A DNA stretch of 41,277 nucleotides, from IMG/VR virus record IMGVR_UViG_3300009095_000005, positions 1-41,277 of that record, one strand, 5' to 3'. The DNA comes from a virus (Duplodnaviria > Caudoviricetes). Position numbers and translations under genes: made by a program. The notes beneath the pieces were generated by a model. That model made no database searches. It saw only the letters and a list, made by a program, of their open reading frames with translations, and had not been told where the DNA came from. Positions 36,952 through 41,277 of this stretch are shown here, in pieces (position 1 is the first letter of the stretch; each line of letters starts with the position of its first letter).

Positions 36952-38037
36952 ATGGCATCAGAACCAAATGAGGGCACCGCACCGGCCCCCGATTCCCAAC
37001 AGGTTGCGGAACAGTTACCAAATTCAGTCGATTCCCTAGCTGCCTTTTTCGAGGCGCAGGAAACGGCCCGGCTGGCTCAGGAAGAGCCTGGAGACACAGG
37101 AGAAGAAGAGAGTCCCGAAGGAGAAACTGATGCGGAAGCCGCCACATCAGAAGACCCTGAAGGTTCCTCACTCGACGCCACTGACGAAGAGGAGTCTGAC
37201 GACTCTGAATCCGAGGAAGAGCAAGAGGACGAGGAAGACCCCGATCTTTCACAGTTCAAGGACAAGGCGAAGCGCAACATCCAGAAGCGCATCGACACCC
37301 TGACAGCGCGAGCGAAGACGGCTGAGGAAAAGGAAGCGCAACTGCAACGGAGGCTTGAAGAGCTTGAGAAGCGACTCAACCAGCCAGAGCAGAAGAGCAA
37401 CCGGCCTCAGAGCGTAGCCGAGCAAGTGGAAAGCGCGAACAGCGTTGACCAATTGCGAGAGATACAGGAGACGGCCAAGAACGCCCTTAAATGGGCGCGA
37501 AAGCACCTGCATCAAGAGGTAGTGGAAGTGGGTGACAAGGAGTTCACCCACGAGCAAATAGTGGCTATCTACGAAGGGGCTGAAGAAGCCTTGGAAAAGA
37601 TACCACAACGGGCGCAGCTACTTCAGCAAGCGCAGCAGGCAGAACAGCTCATCAGCACAGTGATGCCGGGTATCAACGACCCGAACTCACCGGAAGGGCA
37701 GTTCTACCAGGCCGCCGTCAACAGCACGCCACAAAGTAAAGCCTTCTTCAACAGCATCCCCAACGGGAAGTATCTTGTAGGGTGCATCCTCAAGGGGAAC
37801 GAAGTGCTACAGGCAGAGCTGAAAGGCAAGGGCCAGAAGCAGACGGATGCGCCGAAGGCAGAGCCAAAGCAACCGCCGATAGCCCCACGGCTACCCGGCG
37901 CAAGCCCCGGTGCAGCACAATCCCGACATGGCAGAAGCGAGTCCAAGGAGCGCGAGCTGCAAGTCCAGGAACTGACAAAAGGTGGGACACTCAGCGAAGA
38001 CCAACTGGCGGCGTACTTCCAAAAACAGTATAAGTAA
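36952..38037 (+). CDS. Capsid scaffolding protein
   Basis: Acidic N-terminus; IQKRIDTLTARAKTAEE coiled coil; precedes MCP. Confidence 0.8.
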   Translation: MASEPNEGTAPAPDSQQVAEQLPNSVDSLAAFFEAQETARLAQEEPGDTGEEESPEGETDAEAATSEDPEGSSLDATDEEESDDSESEEEQEDEEDPDLSQFKDKAKRNIQKRIDTLTARAKTAEEKEAQLQRRLEELEKRLNQPEQKSNRPQSVAEQVESANSVDQLREIQETAKNALKWARKHLHQEVVEVGDKEFTHEQIVAIYEGAEEALEKIPQRAQLLQQAQQAEQLISTVMPGINDPNSPEGQFYQAAVNSTPQSKAFFNSIPNGKYLVGCILKGNEVLQAELKGKGQKQTDAPKAEPKQPPIAPRLPGASPGAAQSRHGRSESKERELQVQELTKGGTLSEDQLAAYFQKQYK

Positions 38038-39014
38038 TGCCTAAAGCAACAAGTTACGATACAGTAGGGAATCGTGAGGATCTGACTGACATCATTTCAT
38101 TAGTCGCCCCCGAACGCACCCCTTTGTATTCTACGCTCCCCAAGAGCGCAGCGCCCAAGGCGCTTTATCAAGAGTGGCAGGTAGACGGCCTTGACGCCCC
38201 TACCTTCCCCGGCGTGGTGGATGGCACAGACCAGACCACCTTCGACAACAAGGCGAAGAACCGCGCCCGAGTCGGCAACCGCGTGCAGGAGTTCCGCGAG
38301 CCATACATGGTGACGCGACTCCAGCAGGACGTAGCCACCGCCGGAGTTCCAGACGAATACGGCAGAAGCAAGAGCCGCGCCGTGCTCGACCTGCGGCTGG
38401 ACATCGAAGCGTGCCTTGGTTCCGACCAAGACATTCAGGTGGGCAGCGGCAGTCAAGAGAGCAAGCTGCGTGCGCTTGGCAAGTGGATTGACTCGTCCAA
38501 CACCGACATTCCAGAAGTCGCCCGCACGCCATCAACCAGCATCGGAACGACCTCTTCACTGACAGAGACCACATTTAATGCGGTTCTCCAGTCGGCATAT
38601 GAGGCCAGCGGTTCGGCCAGCAACTACATGCTGTATGCCAACACCACGCTAAAGAAGAAGATCAGCGACTTCCATCGCGTGCAGGTAGATGCGAGCAACG
38701 CTCCGAACCCGTATCGTGTAAACGAGAACGGCAAGGAGAAGAGCGTCACCCTCTCTGTCATGAAGTATGACAGCGATTGGGGCATGGTTGACATCGTGAT
38801 TGACCTATTCCTTGGCCGTTCGTCTGGCGGACCGCTGGACTCGACCTCCAAGGAGCGCGGTTATCTCATCGCACCGGGAATGGTGTCCCTTGGGTACCTC
38901 CGCAACCCCGGCACAGAAGAGTTTGAGGATAAGGGCGGCGGTCGCAGGGGCATGGCCTCAGCGGTCCTCACCCTCGTCTGCAAGAACCCGCGTGGACTCG
39001 GCAAGTTCGCCTAA
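38037..39014 (+). CDS. Major capsid protein (DUF5309 / SU10-like HK97 fold)
   Basis: GNREDLTDII..PERTP..EWQVD.L..N.VQ.F..DIE..Y.SDWG. Confidence 0.88.
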   Translation: MPKATSYDTVGNREDLTDIISLVAPERTPLYSTLPKSAAPKALYQEWQVDGLDAPTFPGVVDGTDQTTFDNKAKNRARVGNRVQEFREPYMVTRLQQDVATAGVPDEYGRSKSRAVLDLRLDIEACLGSDQDIQVGSGSQESKLRALGKWIDSSNTDIPEVARTPSTSIGTTSSLTETTFNAVLQSAYEASGSASNYMLYANTTLKKKISDFHRVQVDASNAPNPYRVNENGKEKSVTLSVMKYDSDWGMVDIVIDLFLGRSSGGPLDSTSKERGYLIAPGMVSLGYLRNPGTEEFEDKGGGRRGMASAVLTLVCKNPRGLGKFA

Positions 39015-39035
39015 CTGGAAAGGAGAAGAACAATC

Positions 39036-39503
39036 ATGAAAGTAACACCTCTCTCAATCGAAGAAATGGCGAAGCACGGCTACACGCATATCGTGGAGCT
39101 GACGCACGAAGACCTGACTGAAGCCACCGCCGACACGGATCAAACGATTCAGGCGATCAGCGTAAAGGCAGGTCAGGCGGTGACGCAATGCGGCTTCTTC
39201 CTTGAAACACCATTCGAGGATGCCTCAGACGCGGCGCTGAACGACACCAAAATCAGCGTAGGCGATACGGACACAGACCGCTTCCTGACGGCAACGCAAG
39301 TCAATAAAAACGGCACTGAAGTGATTCATAGCATCACGGCCAACGCCGTTGATACGTTGCCATATGCGTTCCCCGCAGACGACACCATTGACATCACCGT
39401 CGAATCCATGTCTGCCAAGAGCCTTGTGAACATCGACACGGGCAAGGTCTTCATCGGCCTACGGATCGTGGACCTTGTGGCGCTTGCAGACGCACGCACG
39501 TAA
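39036..39503 (+). CDS. Capsid decoration/cement-like protein
   Basis: Directly after MCP; RBS aggag; beta-rich. Confidence 0.6.
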   Translation: MKVTPLSIEEMAKHGYTHIVELTHEDLTEATADTDQTIQAISVKAGQAVTQCGFFLETPFEDASDAALNDTKISVGDTDTDRFLTATQVNKNGTEVIHSITANAVDTLPYAFPADDTIDITVESMSAKSLVNIDTGKVFIGLRIVDLVALADART

Positions 39504-39534
39504 TTCCCCGTAAGGGTAGTCTCCCCAACTAAAC

Positions 39535-39573
39535 AGGGGTCAGTCGGCCTACCCCGGCTGGCCCCTTCACTTT
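39535..39573 (+). terminator. Hairpin / probable leaky terminator after capsid genes
   Basis: aggggtcagtcgg..ccggctggcccct followed by tcacttt. Confidence 0.5.
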
Positions 39574-39906
39574 ATGGAAGTATTCATACCAGAGTTTGAG
39601 GGCGAGAACGGAAGCGCCTACATGGATGCGCTTGAACGCGAGCTGAGGCTTGGGATCGAGCAAGAGAAAGTCAACTACGGGTTGAGACAGGCATTGATCC
39701 AAGACGAGCTAAGAGGGCAGCAGCTACGGACCAGAGAAGGGCTAGGGCAGTTGTCTATGGTGATCGACGCACGGACCTACTTTCGCTGGCACATGAAGGA
39801 ACCTGGGTGCTGGCAGGACAAGGGATTCGTTGAGCGATTCAAGAAGGACAACCCTGAGTGTGTGGCACCGCGTCCTGAGATGAAGACCACGGTGTTAGTG
39901 GGATGA
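39574..39906 (+). CDS. Hypothetical head-module protein
   Basis: ID..YFRW..GCW.D..F..F.KDNPE. Confidence 0.65.
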   Translation: MEVFIPEFEGENGSAYMDALERELRLGIEQEKVNYGLRQALIQDELRGQQLRTREGLGQLSMVIDARTYFRWHMKEPGCWQDKGFVERFKKDNPECVAPRPEMKTTVLVG

Positions 39907-40580
39907 GCTGCCGAACCGTACCATACTTGAGGCACAGGGCCTCCCTTGTGGGTGACGGAGGGGGAGGCTCGAATCCCTACTACGATGCGGGGGCAGACTT
40001 CTACTATGAGTTGTCAGATGCCATAGACAGCAACGGCGGGGCGAACCTCTCCAATACCAACAGTGTAGTATTTACGGGCACGGGGCGCTACGGCAATTGC
40101 GCAACCTTTGACGGAACAAACTACCTATGGGATAACACCAGCACAATTGGGCCAGCTTGGGTAGCGGCAGGCGGTCTTTACACGCTTGAAATGCATGTTC
40201 GGTTCCCCGCGCTGAATGTGGACTGTGGGCTGTTCAATTTTGTGAGCTTCCGCGACTGCGCATTCATCCGGGCGAGCGGCAACATCGAGATGCGGAGAGG
40301 GGATTTCAACGGCTCATCTGGTAGCTACGACACCCTGTCAGCCAACTTCTGGAGCGGGAAGAGTATCAACACTTGGTATAAGCTCACGTTCCAGACTGGA
40401 TATATTTCAGGGGGGCTGGGAATGCGCATGTATCTTGACGATGTGCTGCTTAACTCAAGCGATGCTGTCTCGCGGGTATCTACAGTGAGCACAGGCTTCA
40501 AGATGGGGACAATCGACGCCGGATCATTCCTCATGCGAGGCGATATTGACGAGGTTAAAATCATACTAGGAGCGCCATAA
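39903..40580 (+). CDS. LamG / concanavalin A-like virion protein
   Basis: G.YGNCATFDG..YL; YTLEMHV; NTWY; MYLDD; GDIDEVKI. Confidence 0.7.
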   Translation: MSCRTVPYLRHRASLVGDGGGGSNPYYDAGADFYYELSDAIDSNGGANLSNTNSVVFTGTGRYGNCATFDGTNYLWDNTSTIGPAWVAAGGLYTLEMHVRFPALNVDCGLFNFVSFRDCAFIRASGNIEMRRGDFNGSSGSYDTLSANFWSGKSINTWYKLTFQTGYISGGLGMRMYLDDVLLNSSDAVSRVSTVSTGFKMGTIDAGSFLMRGDIDEVKIILGAP

Positions 40581-40582
40581 CC

Positions 40583-40876
40583 ATGCCAACACACGAAGAA
40601 GTCCAAGCGGTCCTCAACCAGCACATCCTGCCCGTCGGCATGGCGATCAACGCCATGAACCAAGCTGTGGCGTCAGTGCTAGGAAAGTACGTGCAGCTCA
40701 TCATGGATGAGATACAGCACCCAGATGGGACTATCGGGGTGAATGCGCGGGGCATCTACACGCTCGGAAACGAGAAGATGCAGATACAGCTAAACAGCGA
40801 AACCCTCATGGCAATTGCGCAGGGGCAAACGCCGGAATGGACGCCACTGCAAACGGAACCAGAGGAACAGACATGA
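40583..40876 (+). CDS. Hypothetical protein
   Basis: RBS aggag; 97 aa. Confidence 0.55.
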   Translation: MPTHEEVQAVLNQHILPVGMAINAMNQAVASVLGKYVQLIMDEIQHPDGTIGVNARGIYTLGNEKMQIQLNSETLMAIAQGQTPEWTPLQTEPEEQT

Positions 40877-40939
40877 GAGCAGCAATAGCAGTGCTCATGC
40901 TGGCGGGGAGAGGGATGTAGAATGAGGGGGTAACAAGCG

Positions 40940-41277
40940 ATGATGTTTCTGAAGCAAAGTACGGCAGTCACAGTAGTAGTGGGTCCAGCGGTGGACAAAG
41001 CGGACGCCGTGACCTCAGAGACGGGCTTGTCACCCACTGTAAGGCTATCGAAGAACGGTGGGGCGTTTGCCAACCGTAACGACGCCACTGCCATCTCCCA
41101 CATGGAGAACGGGTATTACTCCGTTGTCTTGGACGCCACAGACACAGGGACAGCAGGGATACTGACGTTGACGGTAACGGATACGGACGAGCACCTGCAC
41201 ATACGTCAGGACTACATGGTAGTGGCGGGGGCCAGCTTTGACGCCTTTGTCAGCAACGGGCTGAACGACCTGTCTGC
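40940..41277 (+). CDS. N-terminal part of the origin-spanning virion protein (continues at 1-838)
   Basis: MMFLKQSTAVTVVVGPAVDKADAVTSETGLSPTVRLSKNGGAFA..NGYYSVVLDATDT; in frame with ATG 41216 (= position 2). Confidence 0.8.
   Translation, partial: MMFLKQSTAVTVVVGPAVDKADAVTSETGLSPTVRLSKNGGAFANRNDATAISHMENGYYSVVLDATDTGTAGILTLTVTDTDEHLHIRQDYMVVAGASFDAFVSNGLNDLS

Noticed and set aside
40873-40920. 15-codon ORF MRAAIAVLMLAGRGM
   Set aside because: Coupled to the previous gene but too short to support; possibly a remnant
41215-41277. Biological terminal repeat
   Set aside because: It falls mid-gene and has k-mer-like length; best explained as circular assembly overlap
1-41277. CRISPR array, DGR or retron
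   Set aside because: No regularly spaced repeats, no reverse transcriptase motifs, and no TR/VR pair noticed

Overview
The window is a complete, circularly assembled genome (about 41.2 kb; 63-bp terminal overlap 1-63 = 41215-41277) of a temperate, podovirus-like tailed phage. Modules: TerL, portal, scaffold and major capsid (32.9-39.0 kb); virion accessory and tail genes including a beta-helix tailspike and nozzle (39.0 kb through the origin to 7.7 kb); ejection proteins (8.2-14.9 kb); an immunity switch built from ribbon-helix-helix proteins (15.7-16.5 kb); recombination and replication genes (RecT, RecE-like, RuvC-like, two DnaA-C-like proteins, initiator, divergent DnaB); attP (3' part of tRNA-Ser(GGA)) with a tyrosine integrase. 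The most striking part is an opposite-strand accessory operon (28.1-30.5 kb). Its small genes share a conserved leader (GAGGAATCAAGACC-ATG) and three spacers hold structured RNAs: a complete type II hammerhead ribozyme with its pseudoknot and two copies of an unnamed long hairpin. Other oddities: an in-frame TAA inside an ejection-protein gene, a ~380-nt structured non-coding region before recT, and an abrupt strand-skew flip at ~31.1 kb. All calls were made by eye; no database searches or folding programs were run.
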